Below, in pieces: positions 27,682 through 38,155 of a DNA stretch of 52,295 bases. Source of the DNA: a virus (lineage: Duplodnaviria; Caudoviricetes); IMG/VR virus record IMGVR_UViG_3300045963_000039, positions 1 through 52,295 of that record; one strand, 5' to 3'. Each line of letters starts with the position of its first letter. Within the stretch, counting starts at the first letter, position 1. The notes beneath the pieces are model-generated. The model saw nothing but the letters and a program-made list of their open reading frames with translations. It did not search any database and was not told the origin of the DNA. Position numbers and translations under genes: made by a program.

Positions 27682-27718
27682 GCCCCCTTATATACTTGTA
27701 TATCTAGGGGGTTTTTTA
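27682..27718 (+). terminator. Rho-independent terminator
   Basis: gccccct...aggggg(t) then T7. Confidence 0.8.
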
Positions 27719-27734
27719 GTATATAAGGAATATA

Positions 27735-28127
27735 ATGTCAGAATTTAAGAATTTTAGAAGTCCAGCAGAGGATATAAGAGTTACCTCTGACTCTGGACAT
27801 ATTGCAGTTATTGGTAAGGAATTAACTCCAGTACACTCTTCCATGTGGAGAGAGGCATACTCCTTAGGCGCTTTATCTGAAGGTATGCAAGATCCAAGTA
27901 TGAATGATTATATAGCTCAAAAGAAATTAGAAAAAGAAGAAGAATTAAATGAGTTATATAAAGAGTTAATAGTTGCCCTGGAAGGGGTAGTGCATGACCC
28001 AGTTACTTATCTTGATGCATCAGGTAAATTGATATATCGTAAAGTTATAGCACTGATAGGTCGTACAGAAAAGAAAGATATTATAGATAAAGCATGGGCT
28101 GAAGTAACATCTAAGTTAGAGGATTAA
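27735..28127 (+). CDS. Hypothetical protein
   Basis: 130 aa; AAGGA RBS. Confidence 0.75.
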   Translation: MSEFKNFRSPAEDIRVTSDSGHIAVIGKELTPVHSSMWREAYSLGALSEGMQDPSMNDYIAQKKLEKEEELNELYKELIVALEGVVHDPVTYLDASGKLIYRKVIALIGRTEKKDIIDKAWAEVTSKLED

Positions 28128-28128
28128 T

Positions 28129-28824
28129 ATGAATTTACTAGAGTTGGTCACACATCTCAGAACTGCTATATTAGATGATACAGGTGGACAGGGTGTTGAC
28201 TGGACTGGCTACTCTAAGGATGACTTTGACTCTATACAACTGAGATGGTCTAATGAGGAATTGGTAGCCAATATAAATGAAGCTATTAATCTAGTCTACC
28301 GTAGAATAGAACCAGTTAAAGACTCTATAGATTTTGATATAAGTTCAGGAGTATATACCTATGTCCTTCCTGACTATATTATAAAGACGCTAAGAGCTAA
28401 GAGGGGAGATGGAAAGGAAGTCCATGAGAAAGATATAAATGACTTTTGGGAAAGAAGAGGTCTTAATACTAAGATTGGAGAGATAGAAGAGTACTTTCCA
28501 GATATAACAACTGGCTTCTTTAGAGTATACCCTATCCCAGTATTGGATGATACACTTACCTTAATGGTTTATAGAACTCCTATCACCACTCTATCTTGGG
28601 ATGATAATGAGGCAACTCCAGAACTGAAGCAGCTCTTCCATCTACCAATGCTATACCATGCTGCCTTTAGATGTTATCTTAAAGACGAGGCTAATACTCT
28701 AGATCCTAGAAGAGCTGCTACATTTAAACAACTATTTGATGCTGAATTTCCAGAGACATCTGCATACTCTAATCAAAGAAAACTTAGAACATCTAATAGA
28801 CCTGTTAGATATGGTGGGTTATAA
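28129..28824 (+). CDS. Head-tail adaptor protein (putative)
   Basis: L..LR...LDD, WS.EEL...INEA, RVYP.P, PE....FH...Y.A..RCY.K. Confidence 0.75.
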   Translation: MNLLELVTHLRTAILDDTGGQGVDWTGYSKDDFDSIQLRWSNEELVANINEAINLVYRRIEPVKDSIDFDISSGVYTYVLPDYIIKTLRAKRGDGKEVHEKDINDFWERRGLNTKIGEIEEYFPDITTGFFRVYPIPVLDDTLTLMVYRTPITTLSWDDNEATPELKQLFHLPMLYHAAFRCYLKDEANTLDPRRAATFKQLFDAEFPETSAYSNQRKLRTSNRPVRYGGL

Positions 28825-30095
28825 TGCCTCTTCATCCTAAAGTAGTTACCTACTCCTCTTTTAAAGGGATAAATAGTGTAGGTAATCCAGAGAATGTAGA
28901 TCCTTCATACTTAATGAAGGCATTGAATATAGATATAGATAAGACAGGTAATCTGTCTAAAAGAAAAGGTTATAGCAAAGTTGATACTGCAAACTATACT
29001 TCCTTATGGGCTTCAGAGAATGGCCTAGGCTGTTATGCTGTAAGAAATGGAGATCTAGTAGAGGTACTACCTAACTACTTACATGTTACTCTAAAGAGTT
29101 CTATAGGAAATATAAGGCTTTCATTTGAAGAGGTAGATGGTACAATTTATCTTTCATCTCCTATCCTAAATGGAACTATAGTAAATCATACATTTAAGAA
29201 TTGGGGTATAGAGAAGAATCATCTTTCTCCTACCCTATCTATAGGGGCTGGTACATTACCTGCTGGAGATTATCAAGTATCATTTACTTATGTAAATACT
29301 TCTGGTATAGAATCTGGTACAGGGCCAGCCTCTCTAATTAATGTACCTAATAATTCTAGTATCTTAGTTACAATTCCAAATATAACAGATCCAGAGATAT
29401 TATATGCTAGAGTTTATTCTTCAACACCAAACGGAAATAGTCTTTATTTTAATAACATTGGCTTATCTGGATCTACAGTAACAATCTCCTCCATATCAAA
29501 TCTTATAGATCCTCTTAGAACTTTTAATATAGATAAAGCTCCTCTAGGACATATAGTAAAGTATTATAGAGGAAGAATGTACATCGCACAAGATAATATC
29601 TTATGGTACTCTGAACCATTTCAATATACTAACTTTAAACTTGCATCTAATTACTTTGAGTTTCCAGAAAGAATACGAGAGGTAATGCCAGTTGAGGATG
29701 GCATATGGTTAGGTTCTGATAAGCTTTATTATCTATCTGGTGAAGAGCCTGAGAAGTTTAAACGAACTACCAAAGAACGCATAAAGGTAGTAGAGGGTAC
29801 GTCTACTCTTTTCTCTGGAAGTTATATACATTTAGATAATACTCCAGTAGGCTATAAATGGTTAGTAACATCTGATCTTGGAATCTTTGTATTATTTAAT
29901 CAAGGTTTGGTTATAAATCTTACATCTCAAACTATCTCTCTTAAAAAAGCTAATCAAGGTACGTCTATATTTTTACAAGAAAACGGTAATAATCAATACT
30001 TATCCATATTGAAAATAAATGAAAACCCTAACAATTCTGTTATGGGAGATTTAGTAGAAACCTCCATTATAAGAAATGGATTAATAATAACTTAG
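28824..30095 (+). CDS. Tail tubular/nozzle-like protein
   Basis: F.GIN, A.NIDID..G...R.GY, GR.Y.A....LWYSEP; follows adaptor. Confidence 0.7.
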   Translation: MPLHPKVVTYSSFKGINSVGNPENVDPSYLMKALNIDIDKTGNLSKRKGYSKVDTANYTSLWASENGLGCYAVRNGDLVEVLPNYLHVTLKSSIGNIRLSFEEVDGTIYLSSPILNGTIVNHTFKNWGIEKNHLSPTLSIGAGTLPAGDYQVSFTYVNTSGIESGTGPASLINVPNNSSILVTIPNITDPEILYARVYSSTPNGNSLYFNNIGLSGSTVTISSISNLIDPLRTFNIDKAPLGHIVKYYRGRMYIAQDNILWYSEPFQYTNFKLASNYFEFPERIREVMPVEDGIWLGSDKLYYLSGEEPEKFKRTTKERIKVVEGTSTLFSGSYIHLDNTPVGYKWLVTSDLGIFVLFNQGLVINLTSQTISLKKANQGTSIFLQENGNNQYLSILKINENPNNSVMGDLVETSIIRNGLIIT

Positions 30096-30103
30096 GAAAA
30101 TAA

Positions 30104-30631
30104 ATGACTTTAGAAAATGTACCTCAAGAAAATGAGTTAAAAGTTGGTGGTGTTTTTACTTATGAACACATAAGAGATGGAAAGGTAATTGACGTTTGGA
30201 AACAGCCAAATCTAGTTGTAAATGAAGGATTAACATATATTCTAGGATCAGCATTCGCTGCATCAACACCTCTGACAACATGGTTCGTAGGACTCTTTAA
30301 AAATAACTATACACCTATTGCATCTAATGTAGCTGCTACTTTTGGTGGAGCTGGTGTTGCTAATGAAGTGACTACAGAGTATACAGAAACAGTTAGGCCT
30401 ACATGGACTCAGGCTGGTGTAACCTCTAATACTATTACAAATTCAGCGTCAGTAGCAGTCTTTACTTTTGGAACTACCGTTACTATATATGGAGCTTTTT
30501 TAATATCTAATAATACTAAAGGTGGTACTACTGGTTCTCTAGCAGCAGCCTCTAAGTTTGCATCGTCAAGAAATATGTTAGTATCAGATAAACTCAACGT
30601 AACCTATACACTTACTGCTTCTTCTGTATAA
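30104..30631 (+). CDS. Tail structural protein
   Basis: NLVVNEGL, WFVGL, TIYGAFL, D.L.VTYT. Confidence 0.7.
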   Translation: MTLENVPQENELKVGGVFTYEHIRDGKVIDVWKQPNLVVNEGLTYILGSAFAASTPLTTWFVGLFKNNYTPIASNVAATFGGAGVANEVTTEYTETVRPTWTQAGVTSNTITNSASVAVFTFGTTVTIYGAFLISNNTKGGTTGSLAAASKFASSRNMLVSDKLNVTYTLTASSV

Positions 30632-30634
30632 TAG

Positions 30635-32917
30635 ATGACACTCATACCGCCGACCATTCATATTAAAGGGGATCATAGCAAATCTTCTCTGTTAATACCG
30701 AAAGCTAGGCAACTCTATTCTTTTGTAGCTAATAAAGCTACACTGGCTAACTTAGACTTCCTAACTGAGGATACTGTCTTTTCTGATGGTTCTGAAATAT
30801 CTATTTCAGTAAAAAGAAATGGTGTATATGGATATCAGCACGGGATAATAGATATAACATCAATCCCCAAAGAAACTAGTAGTCTACCAAAAGAAGTATA
30901 TATGGAGAGCGGTTTTCTATTTCATGGTAGTAATTTTATAAATAATGAAAAATCATACCTTCCTTCTACTGTATATTTTAATACTTTTATAAGCAGTACT
31001 ACAGAGGCAGCTCCAGATAATAATGTATTAACCTTAATCAATGCTTCTGAATCTAGAAGAATAAAATCTGGGGATGAATCCTATGCTGTTGGTTCTAAAT
31101 CTAAAAAAGTTAAGGTAATAACTACTACAGACTCTTTAGGTATAGAGACAACTTTTAGAAGCCCTACAAATATATATGTAGAGAATCTATGGTTAAAGAA
31201 GTTATATCAAACTTTTTGTCCGGCAAGTGTCTTTACAGGAAAATTAAGACTAATGGTACAGGCCATCTATGGTAGTCTACGCTCTGACTATAGTATGGTT
31301 TTGGGAGAGAATAAAAGACCATTAAATCCAATTCCTCACTTAGATTTACAGATTACACAAGGTACCACTCTTACACTCCTATCTGAAGGCTTGAGTACAA
31401 GCGGATTATATAGAGATCCTACTGACGAGTACTGGCTAATTACTCCTAGAGGTAATGAAGTCTTTGCTAGGAATATGAAGTATGATAAAAAACTATTATC
31501 TAAAGTAAATAGATTAGATAATAAATTAAACGAGGCTTACATACTCTCTACTCTAGTCCCAGATAAGATTGAATATAGCATTGGTATTAATGATAATATA
31601 CTCGATTTTAAACCACTTACTTATGGGTGGAAATTTAATCAACTAGGTGATAAGTTTAGTGCTGTTCTATATAGACCTGCTAATAATCTAAGTACAGAGG
31701 CTGGTGTAAATGGTTTTGAGACAATTTTAATGACTGTCTCTTTAGTATACAATGTATCTAAAAAACTACCAGAGGTATCTTACACTCTTATAAGTTCTAG
31801 AGGGTTTCATATACCCTACGCACAAACTAAAGTCTTCTATCCTGCATATTTTCTAAACTCTATGCAATGCCTTCGTGGAAGTAGCGGTCCAGGCAATACC
31901 TATGCAGATCTATCAGCACCTCTCTATTGCTATTATACTAATAAACCAGGGGCTCTTGAAAGCGATAGCTCATTAGTTGTTTTTAATATTAATAATGGTC
32001 TAAGACAAACAATAGATGGAAATAGTTGGTCATACGAGGGACAATTGGATTGGTCATCAGGCGGCTCCGTCTTAATATCAGGATTAGTAGATCCCATGTT
32101 TGGGATATATAAATATACTTATTTTAAAACAAATAAATCTGGCGTCTCATCAACAACTACCTCTGAACCATGTAATTTTATTCAATCATTTGAAAGCTAT
32201 GAGAATGGTCTTTCAACACTATCTGAGTATTTAGAATTAAATAATACTCCTCAAAACCCTATAGATGGTGTTGAGGCTAACCCTGCCAATAGATACTCTT
32301 ATCTACCTGCACATACTGAAGCAACTAGATATGATACTGCATATACTTCAATAAGCATAGATTATACTACCCTAGCTGTTATACCTATGTTTGACGCAGA
32401 AGCTATTATGGTAGGTGAAAGAAAAAAAGTAACTACAATACTAGCAAGTCAGTTTTCATATGTATATGAAGGTAATTTCTTTTGGAAAAACGATTACTGG
32501 AACTGGAGTGGAAGGGATTCTATAGGTGGGTATCTCTGGACAACATTTAATCACTCAAATCTTCTCTCGGGAGTAGCTGCTACAACTGCTTGGGCTTTAA
32601 ACTCAGGGTTTCCAGAAACGGGAGATCTAGCAGGGGATCACTATAAAATAAATACAGGCTCTTCTTTTAAAAAGGCCACACTATATACTTCTAGAGATGA
32701 TAAGATTTTATTAGTAGAAGGGGGCTCCTTAATATCTACAAATATGGAGGCTCTTCTTTCCGTCTCTTTTCTAGATCCGTTTTTTAATACTCAACTAGAA
32801 GTAAGAGCAGGGTACTCTAGTGGAATGAAGTGGAATCTTTCAGGAACATTGTCTGGAAAAGATGAGTGGCCTATTTACGAAGATATAGATTTTTCAGGCC
32901 CAGTAGGTTGGGCATAA
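30635..32917 (+). CDS. Large hypothetical virion protein (760 aa)
   Basis: Long ORF in the tail module. Confidence 0.75.
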   Translation: MTLIPPTIHIKGDHSKSSLLIPKARQLYSFVANKATLANLDFLTEDTVFSDGSEISISVKRNGVYGYQHGIIDITSIPKETSSLPKEVYMESGFLFHGSNFINNEKSYLPSTVYFNTFISSTTEAAPDNNVLTLINASESRRIKSGDESYAVGSKSKKVKVITTTDSLGIETTFRSPTNIYVENLWLKKLYQTFCPASVFTGKLRLMVQAIYGSLRSDYSMVLGENKRPLNPIPHLDLQITQGTTLTLLSEGLSTSGLYRDPTDEYWLITPRGNEVFARNMKYDKKLLSKVNRLDNKLNEAYILSTLVPDKIEYSIGINDNILDFKPLTYGWKFNQLGDKFSAVLYRPANNLSTEAGVNGFETILMTVSLVYNVSKKLPEVSYTLISSRGFHIPYAQTKVFYPAYFLNSMQCLRGSSGPGNTYADLSAPLYCYYTNKPGALESDSSLVVFNINNGLRQTIDGNSWSYEGQLDWSSGGSVLISGLVDPMFGIYKYTYFKTNKSGVSSTTTSEPCNFIQSFESYENGLSTLSEYLELNNTPQNPIDGVEANPANRYSYLPAHTEATRYDTAYTSISIDYTTLAVIPMFDAEAIMVGERKKVTTILASQFSYVYEGNFFWKNDYWNWSGRDSIGGYLWTTFNHSNLLSGVAATTAWALNSGFPETGDLAGDHYKINTGSSFKKATLYTSRDDKILLVEGGSLISTNMEALLSVSFLDPFFNTQLEVRAGYSSGMKWNLSGTLSGKDEWPIYEDIDFSGPVGWA

Positions 32918-32938
32918 TATACATTATTAGGAGTTAAT

Positions 32939-33343
32939 ATGGCAGGTCTTTTGCCAAATGAAGGTGAGAACTTAGTAGCTAATTTACTATTTAAGAATAC
33001 AAGCGTTGATAGAGGTACTAACTTACAGTTAGGCCTATTTACAAACTCTACTATTGGCGAGACTATAACAGAGGCCCTTATCACAGAACCTACTGGTGGT
33101 GGCTATGCCAGGAAGACACTTACCGATGCATCTTGGACTGTTGTTAATGATCTAGCTAGTTATGCTATTCAAACCTTTCTAGCTACAGGATCTGATTACA
33201 CTGGAGTTGTTTATGGTTACTTTATATGTACACTAGGTACTACTAAACGTATTATTGCAATTGAAGCTAATACTGTTGCTGGTGGTGTTAGTTTGATACA
33301 AGGAGACTCTTATACAGTTACTCCTCAGATACTAGTAGCTTAA
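32939..33343 (+). CDS. Tail structural protein (related to 30104..30631)
   Basis: LGLFTN, E..GGGYARKTL, VYGYFI, GDS.TVTP. Confidence 0.7.
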   Translation: MAGLLPNEGENLVANLLFKNTSVDRGTNLQLGLFTNSTIGETITEALITEPTGGGYARKTLTDASWTVVNDLASYAIQTFLATGSDYTGVVYGYFICTLGTTKRIIAIEANTVAGGVSLIQGDSYTVTPQILVA

Positions 33344-33344
33344 C

Positions 33345-35183
33345 ATGTCTGTAGATGCTGATTATGCAAGCGTTAGTTTATTACTGCATTGTAATGGTAC
33401 TACTGGCTCAACAACCTTTACAGATAGAAGCCCGTCCCCACATACAGTAACTGTAACAGGTATTGCTGTATCTACTGCTCAAGCTAAGTTTGGGAGTGGT
33501 AGTGCTCTAGCAGCGTCATCAGGTAAATATTTTACATTAGATGGATCGGCAGCCTTTGCATTTGGCACTGGTGACTATACTATAGAGTTTCAGATATATC
33601 CAACTGCTCCGGGTAATGGTCAGTACCTCTATGACTCTAGACCACAATTAGGTACAGGGCAATATCCTGTTATCTATATGTCAAGCTCAGCGAATATAGT
33701 TGTCGAAATAAATGAAACTACAGTCATTACAGGGACTGCACCTACTGCAAACACATGGACGCATATAGCTGTATGTAGATCTGGAACTTCTACACGCCTA
33801 TTCCTCAACGGGACTCAAGCAGGTTCTACATTTACTGGTAGTAATAACCTTGTAAATGGAACTAATAGGCCTGCAATATGCCAGTTTGGTAACAATATAG
33901 CTAACCCAAATGGTTTAATTGGCTATATGGACGAAATTCGTGTTACAAAAGGGGTTGCTAGATATACAGCGAATTTCACAGCCCCAACTGAAGAGTTTTA
34001 TATTAGAGATAATATAGTTACAGCTATTACAGGAAACTCTCCAGTAACAATAAATCCAACTTCAGTTCAAAGAAAAACAATATTATATCCTATTGTATCT
34101 TCTCTATCTATACAGGTTATACCTGTTTCTACATTATCTACCTTAAAAATACTTAATATATCAGATAATGTTCAGGTGGTTGACTCTCAAATAAGTGATT
34201 TTATATTTAATATAATAGATTCTATAAATACTTTATCTTCTTTTGATAATACTGTTTATGGAAATAATACTATAGTAGATAATTTACAAACTATTTCAGA
34301 ATTACTGGTTACTATTATAGCTTCTATTTCTGAAAGTGTAGTATTATCAGACTCTATAAATAATATTCTAGTTGTTCTAAAAGACATATTAGAACTAAAT
34401 ACTTTTAACTCATCAACCTCTTCTAGTTCTATATTTATAAATACTATTATAGATATAGTAAATTTACTAGATATATTAGACAAAGGAATTAAAGGGGATA
34501 TATCAGAAAGTATTACTATTTTAGACTCTATGTCTATTATATCGAATCTATTATCTACGATCATAGAAGCGCTAATACATTCTGATACTATAAATAGTAA
34601 CTCTGTTATTATGCTTTTTAATTCAGATAATGTAGGCATCTCCTCATCTGTTCAGAGTTCAGCACTACTTGCATCTTTAGTACAAGAAGGTATTATAATA
34701 TCTATACCTACTGCTAGAGGTCAAGATACTTACTTAGGCTATGTACTCTCTCCAGAAACTAATTCTATATCCACATATGATAATTACAATTTTGATGGAG
34801 TTGTCAATTATAACGGAAACTACTTATTGTATAATTCTTCTGGAATGTATAAATATGGAGGAGTTTTAGATGATTCAAGTAAAATTACATCTTATATAGA
34901 AACAGTAGCTTATAATTTTAATAGCTCTAATCTTAAACAAGTACCAAGTGTTTATCTAGGAGTTAGTTCTACAGGGACTTTTATATTAAAAGTTAGGGTA
35001 GATGGTAAAGCAGAGACTACTTACAAATTAAACAAAAATACAAATAACTTACAAACTCAAAAAATTGATATAGGTAAAGGGATGATAGGTCGGTATTTTC
35101 AATTTGAATTGATTACTGATGCAGATACTTTTAATATGGAGAGTGTGGAGTTTTATCCAGTTGAAATGAAAAGGAAACTATAA
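33345..35183 (+). CDS. Tail protein with N-terminal LamG-like domain
   Basis: VSLLLH.NG, FGTGDYTIE, WTHIAV.RSG...RLFLNG, GYMDEIRVTKGVARY; Ile/Ser/Asp-rich middle; C-terminal GKG..GRY.QFEL. Confidence 0.8.
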   Translation: MSVDADYASVSLLLHCNGTTGSTTFTDRSPSPHTVTVTGIAVSTAQAKFGSGSALAASSGKYFTLDGSAAFAFGTGDYTIEFQIYPTAPGNGQYLYDSRPQLGTGQYPVIYMSSSANIVVEINETTVITGTAPTANTWTHIAVCRSGTSTRLFLNGTQAGSTFTGSNNLVNGTNRPAICQFGNNIANPNGLIGYMDEIRVTKGVARYTANFTAPTEEFYIRDNIVTAITGNSPVTINPTSVQRKTILYPIVSSLSIQVIPVSTLSTLKILNISDNVQVVDSQISDFIFNIIDSINTLSSFDNTVYGNNTIVDNLQTISELLVTIIASISESVVLSDSINNILVVLKDILELNTFNSSTSSSSIFINTIIDIVNLLDILDKGIKGDISESITILDSMSIISNLLSTIIEALIHSDTINSNSVIMLFNSDNVGISSSVQSSALLASLVQEGIIISIPTARGQDTYLGYVLSPETNSISTYDNYNFDGVVNYNGNYLLYNSSGMYKYGGVLDDSSKITSYIETVAYNFNSSNLKQVPSVYLGVSSTGTFILKVRVDGKAETTYKLNKNTNNLQTQKIDIGKGMIGRYFQFELITDADTFNMESVEFYPVEMKRKL

Positions 35184-37042
35184 TGGCAGGTTTAAGTAAT
35201 ATAGATGTCTCGGTTAATTCTCCTGATATTAATAGTTATTTCATAAAACTAGATAGTTATGCAAAATCAGCAATCACCTCTGCTGGTACGATTGCTAGCT
35301 CTTTAAATAATTTCTATCCAGTACAGTACTCTCCAGTAGTATCTTTCGATTCTACATCAACAAACACTACTCTAGGAGCTTTAACAAGGCCTACAGTGCC
35401 TACCCTATCTCTAGGATCTAGAGTTCTACCAGCATCTCCTTCTATAGTTTCTCCAACAGTAGCCTTAGTAGCAGCACCTCTATTTACAGAAATCTCTCCT
35501 GATATTAATCTACCTGCTGTTCCGAGTCCGCTTACAGCTCTCACCCCTGTAAAAGACTTTATAGTTAATACCTCTTTTGACTACCCAGTTACACCAGATA
35601 CTACTCTCCCTATAGTTCCTACATTAAGAAGTTTAAACCTACCTACCCTAGATATAATCAATCTTCCTACTTTCGATTTAGCATTTCCTACTAGCAATGC
35701 TTTGGTAGTACCTGGGATTACCTTTAGTTACTCTGATGGCCCATTCTCTTCTACTCTGTTAGATGGAGTGAAGAATGAACTATTATCTAGATTATCTAAA
35801 AGCACAGGGCTTAATCCTACTGTCGAACAGGCACTTTGGGATAGAGGCAGAGATAGAGAGTCAAGGGCAGCCCTCTTAGCACAAAGAAGTTTATTAGTAG
35901 ATCAAGCAAGTTCAGGGTTTACTAGGCCTACTGGGGCAATTAATGCTTCATTAGATTCAATTATACAAGACACTCAATCTAAATTAATTGAACTTAGTAG
36001 AGAAATAATGATCAAACAAGCTGATCTAGAACAAGAAAATATTAAGTTCTCTATTCAGCAAAGTATAGCTTTAGAAGATATATTAATAAGAGAGCATAAT
36101 AATATAGCTCAAAGATCTTTTGAAGTTGCTAAGTATATTCAAGATATTCAAGTAGAACTATTTAAAGCATCTGTTGCAAAATATACTAGTGAGGTAGAGG
36201 CCTATAAAGCTTTCTCTAATGCATATCAAAGTAGAGTTCAAGCTGAACTAACTAAAGTAGAGATTTTTAAAGCTAAGATAGAAGGAGAGAAATTAAAAGG
36301 GGATTTGAATGAACAGGACATTAGAGTTTATCTTGCTCAATTAGAAGGAATTAAGAGCAACGTAGAGATCTATAAATCTTTAGTTGCTACTATATCTGAA
36401 AAGTTAAAGGCTGAAGGTTTGAAGTTAGATGTATTTAAAACTGACATAGAGGCTTACTCAGAGTTTGTTAAAGCTAAGGCTAGTGAGTATAGTATCTACT
36501 CTGAACAAATCAAAGGAGAGCTTGCTAAGGTTGAAATATTCGATAGTAAAGTTAAAGCTTTTACATCTCGTATACAAGCTTATGCTGCTCAATCAGATAC
36601 TGTTCTTAAGAAAGCTGAAGTAGAATCCTCTATTCAAGGTTTAAATATCAAGAAGTATGAAGCTGACATTCAATCTTTCATAGAACAAGTAAGAGCAGAT
36701 CAATTAATATATACAAGTGCTGTAGAGTTATATAGAGGACAGTCTCAGATCTACTTAGCAGATGCGGGTGTTAATAGAGCGGTAGCTGAGTTAGAACTTA
36801 AAAACTCTGAGAATATTATTACTCAGAATAAGTATAAGGCAGATGTATCTCTCCAGAATGCACAGATTACTCTAGAGTCTTTAAAGAGTGCTTATGGTGC
36901 AACTCTAGAAGGTAAGAAAGCTGCTGGTTCTATCTACTCTCAAATTGGTGCTAGTTCATTATCTGCACTTAATGTCAGTGCAAGTGTTCAAGGTCAAGTT
37001 AGCATTGGTGCTAGTGAATCTCATAACTATACAGATCAATAA
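35183..37042 (+). CDS. Virion protein with Pro-rich and coiled-coil regions
   Basis: Pro-rich N-terminal third, repeated Y.A..E/Q helical repeats. Confidence 0.75.
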   Translation: MAGLSNIDVSVNSPDINSYFIKLDSYAKSAITSAGTIASSLNNFYPVQYSPVVSFDSTSTNTTLGALTRPTVPTLSLGSRVLPASPSIVSPTVALVAAPLFTEISPDINLPAVPSPLTALTPVKDFIVNTSFDYPVTPDTTLPIVPTLRSLNLPTLDIINLPTFDLAFPTSNALVVPGITFSYSDGPFSSTLLDGVKNELLSRLSKSTGLNPTVEQALWDRGRDRESRAALLAQRSLLVDQASSGFTRPTGAINASLDSIIQDTQSKLIELSREIMIKQADLEQENIKFSIQQSIALEDILIREHNNIAQRSFEVAKYIQDIQVELFKASVAKYTSEVEAYKAFSNAYQSRVQAELTKVEIFKAKIEGEKLKGDLNEQDIRVYLAQLEGIKSNVEIYKSLVATISEKLKAEGLKLDVFKTDIEAYSEFVKAKASEYSIYSEQIKGELAKVEIFDSKVKAFTSRIQAYAAQSDTVLKKAEVESSIQGLNIKKYEADIQSFIEQVRADQLIYTSAVELYRGQSQIYLADAGVNRAVAELELKNSENIITQNKYKADVSLQNAQITLESLKSAYGATLEGKKAAGSIYSQIGASSLSALNVSASVQGQVSIGASESHNYTDQ

Positions 37043-37050
37043 GGAATAAC

Positions 37051-38148
37051 ATGGCATCAGATGCAATGAATAAGAAGAATCAGTTAACAGCAGGAGGCTC
37101 TGGTAGTCTAGGAGCTACTACCGGAGATAATAGTGGTACTGGTGTTTTAACTGATATAAAGAATAGATTTGCTAATACTATACCTAATATACAACAAAAA
37201 GGTCTCTTAGGTAGTATAGCTCAAGGGGTTGTTGATGCTGCTACTCTATCTACTAATGCTAGTAAAGGTTATATAGATGGAGCTAAGAAGTTTGGTAGTG
37301 ACTCTATTCAAGGTGCTAAGAGTGTTCTCTTTGGTAAAAGTTTAGATAATACGAATACAGACCCTACACCAACCACCGTTCTAGTACAGGATAATCTAAC
37401 AGGCCCTCAGACACAGGTACCAGCCTTTAAACCTACCCCAGTTCAGACACCTCTTCAGGAACCTGCATCATATCAAAGGATAGGAGGTACAACTGGTTTC
37501 AGTAATGGTCAAGGTGGAAATGCAAGTATTACCTCTGATAAAGGGTTCTCAGCAGATCAAACAAATTCTCTTAATAATACTCTAGCTTTTAATGCTAAGC
37601 AGTCTACTAAAGATATGTTTGCTAGAGATGCACAGAATACTGCTGATCAGAATGCTAAGTATGGAAACGGTTTAGAGTCTCCGCAGGATAAGCTAAGATC
37701 TTTTTATACTCAGCAACTCCAACAAGAAGCATCTCAGCCTTTTAAACGAACCGCTCTCATTAATCATTATGTAGATGCATTGCAAGGTTTAGATAATGGT
37801 AATACAGCTAAATCAAACCAGGCTATAGAAGCTCAGAAGCTAGGTTTTACTCAACAGTCTAAAACTACAGATCAGAATATAGAAGCTCAGAAGCTTATTA
37901 ATAATAATAAGGATAATGCTCTTAAGCTAATAACAGAGAGTAATAAATCTGGTATACCTAATCCAGCTTTTAATTATCAAGTATATAAACAGCATGGGCT
38001 TACTCCTTCTCTAGGAGATTTACCCGCCCTTCTATCTCCAGAAGATCTTAAATCGTATGGTGAAGCATCTCCAGAAGATAAGGTAGCTCTCCTAGATTCT
38101 AGGTTTGGTAAGAGTGCTAGAGATGAGTTATTAGGACAACAACAATAG
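37051..38148 (+). CDS. Putative internal virion/ejection protein
   Basis: G/Q/N-rich low complexity; immediately precedes the giant gene. Confidence 0.6.
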   Translation: MASDAMNKKNQLTAGGSGSLGATTGDNSGTGVLTDIKNRFANTIPNIQQKGLLGSIAQGVVDAATLSTNASKGYIDGAKKFGSDSIQGAKSVLFGKSLDNTNTDPTPTTVLVQDNLTGPQTQVPAFKPTPVQTPLQEPASYQRIGGTTGFSNGQGGNASITSDKGFSADQTNSLNNTLAFNAKQSTKDMFARDAQNTADQNAKYGNGLESPQDKLRSFYTQQLQQEASQPFKRTALINHYVDALQGLDNGNTAKSNQAIEAQKLGFTQQSKTTDQNIEAQKLINNNKDNALKLITESNKSGIPNPAFNYQVYKQHGLTPSLGDLPALLSPEDLKSYGEASPEDKVALLDSRFGKSARDELLGQQQ

Positions 38149-38155
38149 GACCACA

